From the NCBI GenBank assembly GCA_013265495.1, contig MU057724.1, positions 1,069,102-1,133,101 of the forward strand: 64,000 nt of DNA, read 5' to 3'. Each line of letters begins with the position of its first letter. Positions within the stretch are counted from its first letter, which is position 1. A program made the position numbers and the translations under genes. This DNA comes from Vicugna vicugna (Eukaryota). The notes under the pieces were generated by a model that was given only the letters and a program-made list of their open reading frames with translations, did no database searches and was not told where the DNA came from. Of the stretch, positions 33,291-46,219 are shown one piece after another.

Positions 33291-35654
33291 CAGGCCTGGG
33301 ACCTGGCTTGGAGTGATGAGGATTTGCCTTTTGCCTTGTGATGGGTGGGAACTCCGGTTACACCGAGGTTCTCTGAGAAAGGAGGGACTGACTTAGGGTC
33401 TGGGTTTTTCCCATTTTTCTGGAGGGTTAAGGCAGAGGTGGCATGCGGTGCGAGGAGAAGGACCTGAGGGGGCACAGAAAGCTGACCTGGGCTGGGAGCT
33501 GGGTGCAGGCAGCAATGGGGACTTGCCGGACCCGCGTCCCACAGGCAGATTCCCAGGGTCAGCTGTTCGCTACAGCGCAGTGTGGGGATGGTGGTGGGTG
33601 CAGAGGGAGAAACGACTCGGAGACCATGGAAGCTCTGCACCTAAGCCTGTGAGGAGACTATGCATCGAATTCACTCAGCGACGAAGGACCTGAGGACACG
33701 GCCCGGATCCAAGGGAGCAGGAGGACGAGGGTCAGGATGTAGGGTCAGGTAGCGTGGTCTGACGGCCAGGGTCAGTGCTGTTGGATGACAGCCAGTGTTC
33801 TGCTGAATGACCAGTCGCAGCAAACTGACCCCGAGGGCGTGGAACGTGAGTTAATCCCTATGTCTGTCACGCAGAGAGCTGAGAAGTTCAGGGAGAAAGG
33901 CTAGGAAGGTAACATCCCGGTTGTGTTTGCAGTGCCTGGGTCGCTGCAGGGAGGCTGGCCTAGGGTGTGAGAGGGCAGCAGGCCTGAGTCAGCTGAATGT
34001 GGTCACAAACAGGGACAAGGGTTTCTCTGTTGTTTCCAAGAGATCATTCAAAATATGGGCCTGGTGATCATCACAGGAGGGGGGAAAAACAGAGCAAAAC
34101 AAAACAGCACTTTATGGGGGAGAGGGGCAAACTGTCACTCAGCATTGCACATTGTGTAACATAGTGAAGAGCTGGAGTGCCAGGTCTAAAAGCAGCGGTG
34201 GGAACGTTTTAGGCAGCTGAGGGAGTGGATGGAAACAGGCCGGTTTTGGAATATTCTTTGTGAAGGTAAGTGTGGTCGGGGGTTTTCCGCAGTTCTAAGG
34301 GAGGACGTTTGCACTGGTCTTTCTGCTTTTTCTACACAGCAAAGGCTTCAAGGCCTTGCTGGGATTGAGTGCCCGCGGTCTGTGATGTTACACCATTATG
34401 TTCCCGATGGTTTTGTGAAGTAAGTGAGAGATTGTCATGTCTATTTTTTTTCATCTGTTCTCTGTTATTGAATTTTTGTGAACAAGATGTCTTAGAAAGT
34501 CTCAGGAATGCTTGACTCATTTCCAGTTCCTTCTTTCGTTGATACAATATTTCTCTCAGTTGTTACGACCTGCCGGGGATTCTGGCTTCCTCTGAAAGGG
34601 TCAGATGCCTTTGATCATAAAAAGTCTGTGCTCAAGTACCCCAAGCTTTGATTTCTCAAACAGGAAGCCTGCGTTGTCCCAGAGGGCCTGGAAACCTCTG
34701 TAATGTGGTGCACTGTTTTACCATGTCAGTAGAAATGTCTTCTTTCAATAACTTCAGGCATCTTTACATGATATCAAAATAGTATTTTAAAACTCTGTTT
34801 TCTCTTGCTTGCCTTTCCCTCCATTTCCTTTTTGTTTCTAAAATATTTTAGGTGCTTTCATGTGAAAGAATATTTTTATAAAATCAAACCGTATAATTGT
34901 CTATAGACATATTCTACTTAGCTCAGTGAGTATTTTCGATCAAAGTATAAACTTGATAATCTTCCTTATTGTAAAGTATGTGTGTATAATATTCATTGTT
35001 AAACGTGAGTCCAAATTACATAGCAGACAACCATGGAAAGTCCTATTGTCCTTAAAACGTGTTGAGAAGGTATTTCAGAAGACAGAAATTCCAGAGTCGT
35101 ACGAATCGTGCATCATAGTATGGCAGTGAAGGTTCTTCGGCCAATAAATAGAAATTAAACACAGCTAACCAGTGCCAAAAAACTGGATAAACATTGACTA
35201 ATCTGTTGCGTTCTTCTGCTTCCTCTGCACGACTGGTGAATGGTAATTGATAGCAAGTCTGGAAATAGCTGACTCATCACAGAAATATCTTTACAACCAC
35301 TCCGGACACCAGTTTCCTCCAACATGTGAAATAAGAGTTGGAACAGAGTGTCATATTTGCTCTAAACCTAGAACAGTATCTTTCCACTACCTAGAATGCC
35401 CTTGTCCACTTTTCTGCCTGGTGAGACTCTTACTCACACTTTAAAAGCCAAGACAAATGCCACTTCCTTGGGACGTGTTCCCAGTTCACCAGGATATGTC
35501 TGCTAATTTCTCCCCTGTGCTGCTGACCAGACAGTATCAGTGTACCTCTATCACCACACCTTTACCTGGCTTTACCTGCAGTGTGAAGACTCATTTCTCC
35601 TTAACTATTGTAAGGTCTTTGAGGCAGGTTTTCAATTTTATTCACTTTGTATAT

Positions 35655-36190
35655 TACTCAAGTGGTTTCCGTTGCAAGTGATAAAAATCCAGTCCTAAAA
35701 TGGCTTAAGCAGATGAGGAATTAACTGGCTAGTAACTTGCCACTGAAGACCTAGGGGTGGAGCTGGTCCTGGGCTCACCTTCAGCGAGGTCTCAAAGCAC
35801 ACCACAGGGAGGCAGCTCCCTCTCCATCCCTCACCTTCTCTTCTTCCAGGCTGGTTTCTGTATGAGGCCAGCTCTCCCCTCACAGCGGTAAGGGGGTGTC
35901 AGCTCTACAGCTTCACAAATCAAACAGCAGTAGACTTGGAGAAGTGCAGTTTTAGAAAGTCCTATTTAAGTCCTGAGATTCACCTGGAAATGGGAGGAAG
36001 TCCACCTCTAAGTTATTAGTGTAGAAGGTGAAGATGATCTAACTGGGCCCTGTGCCGCATGTTTGGACCCATGGGACCACCTTCAGGCTATGCAGAATGA
36101 GCACCACAGAAGGCTCCAGGAAAACTCTAGGGCTGTTGACAGATAAGAGGACATGGGTGCTGGGCAGGACACAATGAAGACGAGCCGTTG
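35655..36190 (-). mobile_element. Old MaLR LTR (MLT1J/K-like)
   Basis: 'gttgcaagtgataaaaatccagtcctaaaatggcttaagc' and end 'gggtgctgggcagg' are typical of antisense MLT1J/K; preceded by an L2 remnant. Confidence 0.55.
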
Positions 36191-37019
36191 TGTCTGCATA
36201 CCTTACCCAGGCTAGAGCCTCAAGAGCACAGCTCGGGGTGAAGACATAAAGTACACTGAATATAGGAAAAACAAATGAGAAAAGGATAGCAAGATAGCGC
36301 TCCTAGAGTCAAGACCTTTTCTAAAATCATGCTCCTCGGGGCTTCACTTAAGAACAAGTGTATTAAAAATGCTCAAAGCTAATAAAAGTTGACCAGTGCT
36401 CATAAGAATGTTCCTGGACCAAATAATGTATTTTTCAAAATAAAATTTTAGTTTCTCTTGAGTACGAATGAGAACAGTGGCTTGGATAATCAAAAAAAAG
36501 TTGATAATTAGAAATTTTTTTTCTTAATTTGCAGTTAGAGAAAAAGTAGATTATATATTTTTCTTCTTAAATGTGCTTTACTGAAGGTGATATTTTTGTT
36601 TTCCTTGAATGTTCTCTGGCTGATGGGTCCCTGAAGAATGGTGGAGGGTAGCAAGGAGATAACTGGCTCTTTTTTAATTTTAAAATTTATCTTCTGTTTA
36701 ATGGTCTCTGGAAGCTTCAGTGTAATTTTAATTAAAACATAAAATTCAACTTGAGTAAAAAGAATGGTGTGGCAGGAACTCAGCCAAGAGGCCAACAGCA
36801 ATGACAAAACATAAAATCTGTCACATAGGAACCCCTGGTCAAGATAGAAAACTCTTCTGTCCTTTTTCCTACTCTAAGAAAATACCAGAGCGTGCGTTCC
36901 TTGCTGGGGCACTTGCTGGTGTTGTAGTTGTGACCACCTGCCTTCACTGCTGTTTCATGCCCTTCGGCTTTCTGAGGGCAAAGCCCTGCCCCCCGTCTTC
37001 AGTGTCCCATCCTTTACCC

Positions 37020-37098
37020 AAGGCACGTCCTGAGCGAGGAGGTGTCAGTGTCCAGAGAAGGCACGTCCTGAGCGAGGAGGTGTCAGTGTCCAGCGAAG
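37020..37098. repeat. 38-bp near-perfect tandem duplication
   Basis: AAGGCACGTCCTGAGCGAGGAGGTGTCAGTGTCCAG(A/C)G twice, one mismatch. Confidence 0.95.
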
Positions 37099-38099
37099 AG
37101 ACGTATGGGCCCTAAACAAGAGGCTCGTTGCAGTCAGTGAAGGAGCTGTCAACAAGCTAAGCCATTACGATTGAGGGGGTTTATGGAGACCACCGTGGCA
37201 ACCACGGACATAGCGCGCAGGTCCCTGACGTGGGGGCGCGATGACGCGGGCCACATCTGCCCTACCTCGCACCTGTCTGTGCCCCGCACCTGTCTCTCTG
37301 CTCCACAGCTGTGTGTCCTACGGCTGCTCGCAGCGGCGGGTGACTGTGTATGGGTGATTGTAGGCAGGCCCGTTTCTGGAAGGCGTGGGATTCCTCTGAC
37401 GGCGGTCTTGGGCTCGAGGCCCCTGACAGCCCTCCAGACTATCCGCAGCCTGCATGGCGGTCTAGGAAGCGTCCCTCAGTCTTCCCTCCTCTTCGCTTGT
37501 TCAGCTTTGCATCGTGGTCTCTTGGACCAGACTTCCTGAACCTCATCTCCATTTTCTCACAGATATTTCTGCTAACGAAATTCTTGTGTATTGTTTGTAT
37601 CTCAGAGTACCTGGACTGACACAGTCCTGCTACATTGACAAATAATTTTATTATTTAACAACCTGTTTGGAGGATGATATTCCTGTGTGAGATTCGATAA
37701 ATGCAAAGATAAAAGACAGTTAATACTCCTGGGGAAATCTTACTGTATTGAGAGGAAGAGTAATTAATTGCAATACAGGAAAGTTGTTCTGATTTATGTA
37801 ATACGGATTTATCACAAAGGGAGGAGGATGTGATTAGTGGAAATGCATCAATGGGTAGAGTTGAAGGAGGAGCCTGAATATCAGAGAATATGAACAAGTC
37901 ATCTGCATGGAGACAATCACTCAAATATAGATCCTAGTTGGGGAGCAAACACCCCCAATTATTAGGGCCAACCACGGGCAGGCAGTTGTTAATCGTCCAC
38001 CAGAGAGGTCTGAGAATCCCTCCCAGCTTGGAGGTTTTGTTAAAACTCAGCAGGTCTGGGACAAAGCCTGAGACCATACATATTTTCAGTAATGGTTGT

Positions 38100-38190
38100 C
38101 CTGAGATATGATTTCCATACCATCAAATTGCTCTTTGAAGTGTACAGTTTGGTTGTCTTTAACATGTTCACAGAGTTGTGCAATCTTCTC
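38100..38190 (-). mobile_element. L1MB-like extreme 3' end
   Basis: 'gagatatgatttccataccatcaaattgctctttgaagtgtacagttt...ttcacagagttgtgcaa'. Confidence 0.55.
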
Positions 38191-38549
38191 TAGGATATAA
38201 CAAATTCATCGTGCAGACCTTGCATCAAATAGCAAAGTGCTAAGTCTGGCCAGCTCATTATCCCACCTTGAATAGTTTGTGTAAAGCCAAGAGAAGGGAA
38301 AACTAAAACCCCACGTGGCTCTGGCTTCACGGCAGGCCTGCTCTTCAGTCCTGCTTGAGGTTTCTCCCTACAGTTTTCACCGAGATTTGGGGAAACCTGG
38401 AAAGAGGGTTAAGTGAGAAGTTCAGGAAGTTTGCTCAGAGGAGGCAAAATGGGTTGAGTTTGAAGATGGGAGAGATATCAGTCGGGTTTGGTTATTAACC
38501 CTGGCGAAAGCATTACACACCACGATGCTGTGATGTGAGAGAACATGGT

Positions 38550-39480
38550 CTCTTTAAGGCCTGCAAGAGGCTCCGCACATCTGTGATGAAAAGTCTGGAG
38601 ACGGTAAACTGAGACGAAAGTGAACTGTGACCAAGTCTTGGAAAGCCCATGTTCCATCCAGGAGTTTGGGTTTTATCTAAAGATGATGAAGAGCCATGCA
38701 ACAATGTTAAACCACAAAGAAACATGATTAATAGCCATTGTAGAAAGGCCATTCTGGCAAAAGGTTTGAAGATCAATTTGAAAAAAAATTGAAGATGTTT
38801 GTAAGTAAACCAACCAGAGAGATTGTCCAGCAACCAAAGCAATAATTGTTAAGGTCCCAGATAATTCATTTTCAATTAGATTGAGAAGTGAAACACAAGG
38901 TAGAAAGATGGATAGAGTTTTGGGAAGATTCAGATGAAAGATGTAGAAATGGGGGCCTCTGATGCAAGCCGAGATTTAGCTCCCGTGACTCTGAGAATGC
39001 TGAGCACTTTGCCTGAGCGGGGCAAAGGGAGAGGGAAGGTGTTTGTTTGTATATCTGACTTCCATTTAGCTGTAGGGCTTGGGAGTTTAGGATGTGAGGC
39101 TTGAAGAACAGTTTGAGTGTTGTCTAGCTGTTTGCTGAAATCATGGTGTCTGAGACTGCCTGGCTGGGGAGTGGGACAGCTTCAGCATTTGGAAAGGGGC
39201 CTGAGCTAGAAAGCCGGCTTACGGAAACGAAAGGGGAGGGCTGTGAGCGAGGAGAAGGATCATGGAACTGAGCTGTGGGTCAGCTCGGGGGAGGAAGCGT
39301 TAACAAGGGGGGTGCTGCCTTGCGGCCCCGGCCCCGTGCCCTGGCCTGTGCAGCTCAGGCCTGGAAACTTCCTGCTGGGGGTGGTATTGAGGAAGTCTCT
39401 GCAGGCTACATGGAGTGCAGGTCAGGTAGCATGTCGCCAAAGAGGTGACACCCTGCTGTTGAGCTTGTGGCGCTGCACTG
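38550..39480 (-). mobile_element. L2 remnant
   Basis: 'ggagtttgggttttatctaaagatgatgaagagccatg', 'tagaaaggccattctggc' antisense L2 motifs. Confidence 0.55.
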
Positions 39481-40003
39481 AGTTGTGTGAGCCCGCACAG
39501 CGCTGTGGGGAAGACCGAAGATGGCGGGTTATGGCTGTGTGCGTTACTGCTGATGTGCGTGGTGGTGATGTCCCCTTAGCACTCGCAGGAGAACATGGAA
39601 CAATGTTGCACCGAGATAGATATTTTTCCTGTTGGGTGCCTCTAAATAAAGGTCAAGTGGAAAAAATTCTGAACAAAGATTAAAATCACGCATTTTGCTT
39701 TTTAAAATACCTCCTTTGTGAGTGAGTTTTCCTTTTTAATGAACCCTGTTTTTTCTTATTCTCCAAGTGAGACATTTGTAGTAAGGTCAAAAGAGGTAAT
39801 CCATGCAGGTTACTGTGAAATGTAGAAAGTCATGTAGCACTGTGAATGATTGCCCTAATTACCATGACCTAAATCTAAGAAACAACTCCTTGAATGACAA
39901 GAATTTTTAAGGACAAAAGAACTCTAGTCAAGTTACAGAAGTTGCACTGTGATTTATTTTACCATTTTTAGTTTTCACACAGAAGTACAGTTTAGTTATG
40001 TTG

Positions 40004-40270
40004 TGTGATGGACCGAGTGTTTGTGTATGTCTAAATTTCATGTGTTGAAACTCTATCCAGTGTGATGACTTTGAGAGGTGGACCTCTGGGAGGTAGTTAG
40101 GGATTAGCGCCCTTGTAAGAAGAGGCCCTAGACAGCCAGCTCGCCATCCTACCTCAGTGAGAAGCCAGCCGTCTGCAACCGAGAAGAGCGCTCTCACTAA
40201 ACCTGACCAGGCTGGCACCCTGCTCTCAGACTTCCAGCCTCCAAGACTGTGAGAAATAATCTGTTTTTTA
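40004..40270 (+). mobile_element. MLT1A/A0-like MaLR LTR (partly deleted)
   Basis: Starts 'tgtgatggac'; 'gctggcaccctgctctcagacttccagcctccaagactgtgagaaataa'. Confidence 0.8.
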
Positions 40271-42424
40271 ACTTGGATGAACAAGTTTATTTGGAGAAAC
40301 ATACATAACTGACCTGAAAAACTTCAATAGAAGGATAAATTTTAAAACCACGTAAAAGGCCATCTCTATAAAGTGATTTCCCAGGACCACGTACGAGACG
40401 TAACCTCACCTGACCCCAGCCTCACTGGCAGGGGCTCAGTAAGCTGGGCTGCATGCCCCTCCCCCCAGCAAGCTTAGTCCGGGGGTTATTAGAGTGCAAA
40501 CTCCACCAGGAAAGGAACTCTGATCTTGTTTCCTCTTCGTAGAGAAAACTTAACCTAGTTATGAGACCAGCCACACCAGGGAAATGTTTACAAGCCACTC
40601 ACTCTCTGGTGCTTCATTTCAGCATCCCAAACGGACACACTGCCTCACCAAGGTCAGGCAGCTAAAAGCTGGCAGAGTCCAGTCAGATTCCAATTTCTAC
40701 CCACGCCAACATTCATCTCACTCAACCATCCTTCTTGAAAGGTTCAATTTGAGGGTTAGAGTAAATGGAATAGAAAAACAGTAACCTAATCTAATTGTGA
40801 AGGGTTTCATCAGAGTTTTTAAATTATAAAAGCTCGAGTTTGTTCCACTGAATCTTTCCACCATGATTTAACTCTGGAAATTTCTGAGCTTCTATAAAAC
40901 AGAAAAGAGGGACAGAAGAGGCGAGTACAGTTGTGAAGGGGGCCATGGCGATTTATCAGTGTGGACCACTCAGATGAGGCTGCTCTCCAAGTGAATACAG
41001 GCTCTTCCTGGGTTTATACCACAATTACTCAAGTCGTACTGGAAACTGAATTGTAGAATGAGGTGTTTCCAAGTGAGTGGGACAATTGTCATTTGTCCAT
41101 AATATGCCCACTGTCAGTGGAAAGCATACAACGTGCATTAAAGGTGGTAAGATACGATCACATGTTTATGGGCCAGAATGGAAGACTTACATTTAAAAAT
41201 AGGGCCCTCCTTTTTTGTGTTTTGGAAAGAATAGCCGTTTATGCATAAGCCTGGCTTTGCTTTCAGAGCGGTGCGCGGAGAGAAGAAGGCTGGGTGGGCT
41301 GGCCCACAGGTGTGGGGCGGGTTGCACTGACTCTGTGCCCGAGCCTGCCGCCATATTCCAAGTGGTCGTTCGAGATCCGTGCAGTGACCACGTTTCCTCA
41401 GGCGTTTACGTATGAGGGTGAAGGGAGCAGCAGCAGTTGCTCAGAGCAGCAGCATGGAAACCCCTGCAGGAAAACAGGAAACGCTGAATTCTCACCAAAA
41501 CTTGCTTGAATTGCTGATGCACTATTCAGCTAAACGTTACCTGTATATATAATTATGAATTTGCTGTACTTCAGGTGGAAAATTATTTTCTACCAGGACC
41601 CAACAGTTTCCAACAAATGTGGTGTTACCAGAAGTTTGAAGTTGAAATAATCTTTCTCATTGCCTGTTTTTAGAGTGGTGTAAATCATATTCACAATCAC
41701 AAAGGTTTTTTTTTCTTTTTAGGATTTCTTAGTTCCAAAGATAAATTGTGACTTGATGACAAGAAGCATCCTTTCTTTTCTCAGTCAATTTTGTAGGCAA
41801 GAATAGTCTTAAGTAGTGTATACTTATATATACTTCACTAAGTAGAAAGAAACGATTCTTTTAATTTTAATCTTAAGAGAATTTCCACCTGTTAAGAATT
41901 TTTGCAGTTTCCAGAGTCCAAAGAAGCTCTTATGTAAGGCACATGTTTGTTTTAAATGTGCTGTACTTTGTTCAAGCTTGTTTATGCCACAGTTTTTGTT
42001 TCAGTGATTGTCCTTGTAAACGTGTATATGAATTTTATATGAATATTTTGTTTGGGGTAAATTTTAAGTGTTGGTGTGTGAACGCCTTCTGCATTTCCCC
42101 GATCCTGTGATTGTCGTTATTTTTCTATGGGAGTAGGCATTTCAGATTAATTAAAACATAGCAGTGACCCCAGGCAAGGCTAGGAGAGAGAGAGGTTCAT
42201 CTTCGTTGTCTCCTGATGCTCTTTGAAGTTATTTTCGTGATTTCAACATTTTTCCAGTGAGCTCAGAATGTTTCTACTGATTTGATCTTGCTGGTGAGGA
42301 AGAGGCTGTGTGCCAAGCTGATTTACCCTGGAGAATCTGAGGGACACATGTTCCTCCCGGAGGACTGCGTTTCAAGGGAGAGTCAGATAACCCTCCTCAC
42401 TGTGGGGGGGAAGCGTGCGCTTGG

Positions 42425-42560
42425 GAGTCATTTCCGAGTGAGCTCTTCCTCATGTGTGACCATGAACGAGTTACTTCTTTGAGCCTCAGTTCTTGTTTAT
42501 AAATCATCACGTGACTCAGAGAGATTTAGCATAATCCATGCATTCGTCTATGCCTCAGGG
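42425..42560 (+). mobile_element. MIR remnant
   Basis: 'tgtgtgaccatgaacgagttacttctttgagcctcagttc'. Confidence 0.5.
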
Positions 42561-43698
42561 ACTGTGCTTGGTTTTGGAGAGCCTGTGGAACGAAAGTCCA
42601 TTTTCACACAGAATTCATGCTTTGACGAAGGAGATGAGTATTCACGACAGCTTCAATAATAGTGACCAAACTGCACGGATGTCCGTTTGTGGGGCGTGTG
42701 TAGTAAAGCACACACGCACATGACAAAGGTCGCATAGGTGTTTTGGAGCTGTTAACACTTTACACCAAGTGTTAAATGTACACAGAATGGCTTTACATGA
42801 AATGAGTGACTGCGCTGAAAGAGACACGTCTTAAATGGCAGAATGTCGGACTCTGTTACCCGCATGGGTGACACTCAGGAACAGGCAGGCGTCCGTTCGC
42901 ACTCCAGTGCTGACGGCAGTCTCCACCTCGCGGGCAGGTTTCTGCAGCTGACTTTGAGAGCTGAGTAGTTCTCTTGTCTTCTGAACAGAGCTCAGATATT
43001 TTTTACATTATAAACGGCGTCTGTTGCTGAAACGTGCACGCACAGACTGTAGCACAGGAACCAGAGTTTTTGGTTAATTGAGAACATTGGTTAAAAAGAA
43101 GGGGAGTCTTTAAAAATGACATATTCTCCCAGATATATTAACACCAAATTGTAACTGCATATTGTCTTGCAATTTCACAGTCAGGCCAAGGCGTTTTCTC
43201 TGCTCATGGGCTTGCTGGCCACAGTCTGTTTTCTTTCCCTTGCATATGGCACCTGGTTTGCATTTTCTATGCTGCATTTCCATTTTCAGGACTTTTTAGG
43301 GTAATAATATTTAGATTTTTCTAAAGCAATCTAAATAGTCTCCTTTATATATCCAATTGTCTTTAATTTTGGTAACATTTTTGTTTGACAATTCACCTTG
43401 ATTATATCTATCCAAACATTTACAGATTTCATGTATTTTGAGATAGATACTTCAAAAATTTACATATGTTTTCCAATATTATTTTAGTAATTGCAGTAAC
43501 AAGCTACACAGGAATGAACGGATTTAGAGACAAACACAGCTGACCAACTAATGGAACCAAAATAAGAGTTTTTGACCAGCAGGAGAGAAGTGCACAGGCA
43601 TCCTGTGGCCTGTTGACAGCGCATGGACCACCAAGGCCAGTCTGTACCAGAAAGGGCTTCACCCTAAGTCAGGACAACTTCAGAACTTCAACTTCACT

Positions 43699-43730
43699 CA
43701 TTGTTAGTTTTGAAGGCAAAACTAACAATG
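43699..43730. repeat. Perfect 14-bp inverted repeat with 4-nt loop
   Basis: CATTGTTAGTTTTG-AAGG-CAAAACTAACAATG. Confidence 0.95.
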
Positions 43731-43896
43731 TCCATTAAAATAATTTTCCTTAAATGCCCTGTAATATTTTCACCTTCTAAATACCTTTGCCTCTTATGAA
43801 AGTTTCTAAAGACTGTCATAACTTGCCCCCCTAAACAGAGTAACTCTGCCCCTCCTTCTATATTTTATTAGGATTCTGTGCAGAATATCAGCAGCA

Positions 43897-44112
43897 TGGA
43901 TGGATAGAGAGATAGATAGTCAGACAGACAAATGAGAGGTGGATGGAGAGATGGATGAGAGATAAACTATGGGTGGATGGATAGACAGACAAGAGATAGA
44001 TAATAGGTAACAGCTGATAGATGATAGACTATAGATGGATGGATAGATGACAGGTAGATAGATGAACTGATAAACACATGATGGATGTATGTGTAGATGG
44101 ATGGATGGATGG
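43897..44112. repeat. Degenerate (GATA)/(GATG)/(GACA) tetranucleotide tract
   Basis: Runs of tgga/taga/caga units. Confidence 0.85.
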
Positions 44113-45610
44113 AAGAGAGATTTGCACCCATAGATGTCATTTAAAGGTCAGGTTTTTAATTTGTTTTTAAACATTTCACTTTTATTAGTTTGTTATTTTC
44201 AGTAACTCTACCATTAATGCACTCATTTTACTTAAGATTTAGGAGTAAATTTCCTCAAAGCTTATTTTAAAGGCTAAAGTAACTTAAATTAGTAATCATG
44301 GTTTTAACAAGAAAGATTCACGTAGGAGTTGTAAGAATCAAATGAGTCTATGTTTAAAATATTTAGTTTTAGCACTTCATAAATAATTTCCCTTGATAAA
44401 TGCTAATTACCTTGTCTTTGCCTGGGATGTTCCCAAAGCCATACTTTACATGGTGAATCACCGTCCATTCCACTGATCGCATCCAAGCTACGTAAGGTCT
44501 TACACTAAATATTAGCACAGACGAGATTCCAGATTATGGCGAGGTGCCTTCCCGTGGGTCACACAGACCCTGCCTTGCAGAGTTTATGTCCTCAAGTGCT
44601 TGGGCCAATACCATGGACTCACTAAATAGAACTCTGTTAAAAGGCTCTGAAACAAAATAGAGCTTCTTATTTTAAAAAAATCAAGGCACTGTTATTTATT
44701 TGACTTGACATACTGGATAAAGTCATGCTGCCTTCAGGAGAGCAGAAGGAAGAAATGTCACAAAATGCAGGGCAGGTGATATTCTGGTATGTCAGAGGAC
44801 AGGTGACGGCTGTTGGAGTAGTAGTAGTGTACGTTTGTCATGCTAGCACTGATTTTATATGAAATTGACATTGATTTGAGGTTTTTTTAAAAAAACAATA
44901 GGAAAGAAAGGTGGAAAAAGGATTATAAAAATGATATTCTATAGTAAGCAGGATTTCTATTGTTTTAAAAAAAGTCTATGAAGGGAGAAAAGCAAGCTAA
45001 GATCTATAAACAAAATAACAAAAATGTGATTTGGTAGTTTATTTTTGTAACTTTATTAAAGCTAAAATTACTTTATATATTTCTGTAACATTTATTGAAT
45101 TTTGTTGAAAACCTCCTATGTGCCAGGCCTTTTGTTAACTTATGGGGGATTCTAGTCTGAGCAAGTATTTCTGATTTTCGTTATATCCAATACACTGCTC
45201 AGGGAAACTCACCATAAAAGAACTGTGGTCCACTTTTAGGTAGGAGTCTGGAGGAGGCTTTGGACATATCAGAGGCTTGAGGACTTTTGCAGGTGTGGGC
45301 TGGCGTCTGCAGCATCTTAGCATCCACTCCGCACACATGCATGGTCAGAGAAGGGGGTATAACGGACTTCAGGGAGTCCCATTGAGAAAGGGGAGGGACC
45401 CTCCTCGGGTGCTCTGTGCAGCTGTGTACGAGGCCAGCTGCTCCCAAGGACATCAGACACACTCCCTGCTCCTGGGCCTGGGGCCTGTGCCCCTCTCCTG
45501 AAAGGTCAGAGGACTCGACCCACAGCACACTGGGAATGCAGGGGGAAGATCCACCCCGGAACTTCAAGTGTCTTTCATTCAGGAAGACCCAAAAGTCTAA
45601 CACTCACGCC

Positions 45611-46219
45611 TGTTCCCAAACCACACTTGTGCCCGCTCCCCCGAGCAGTGCAGCCAGTCTGCTGACCTGGGGTTGGGTGAAGGGAAGAGCAGTGTTTATC
45701 GCAGGCACCCAGCAAGGAGTGGGGCAGTCAGTGCTCAAAAGACCTAAATTCCCAGGTGGACTTCAGGTAAGCGTTTTTAAAGACAGGGGGAGGGACTCCC
45801 TGACGGGTCAGTGGTCAAGTAACAGGGCAATGTCACAGGGGTCACCATCATCAGTCGTCAGGCTCCAGCTCGTTTGGGCCCAAGCAGGTAGCCTCTTCCA
45901 TCCAGTGGGGGTTTTAGTGTCTGTAAAACAGCTCAGGAGTGTGGGTCAGACACTGTCATCTGCGTCCTCCAGGGAGGAACCGAGGATTCTGTGACTCTGC
46001 TGTATGGCTGGTCTATTGTTTAAACTGTCACCAGTTCCCCTGGCCCAACTGCTGTCCTTCTTCATTACGTCTTCTTCTAGTCATTAACACCTGAACCAGC
46101 CTTTTGTGACCATGGGAGGCCCGGGTGGCGAAGGCTTTTCTACAAACAAGAGATGGACAGAGGAACTGGTGAGGGGCGATCTGTCCTGGGATGGTCCCAC
46201 AGGGTCCTGCTTGGCTGTG
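45611..46219 (-). mobile_element. Cetartiodactyl ERV1-type solo LTR with 4-bp TSD
   Basis: Starts TGTT; motifs 'gtgaagggaagagcagtgtttatcgcagg', 'ctcaaaagacctaaattccc', end 'cacagggtcctgcttggctgtg'; flanks CGCC (45607-45610) / TGCC (46220-46223). Confidence 0.75.

Noticed and set aside
35138..35152. 15-mer CGGCCAATAAATAGA repeated at 52178-52192 (HOX13/CDX-like)
   Set aside because: About two exact 15-mer pairs are expected by chance in 64 kb (64000^2/2 divided by 4^15), so the match is not significant.
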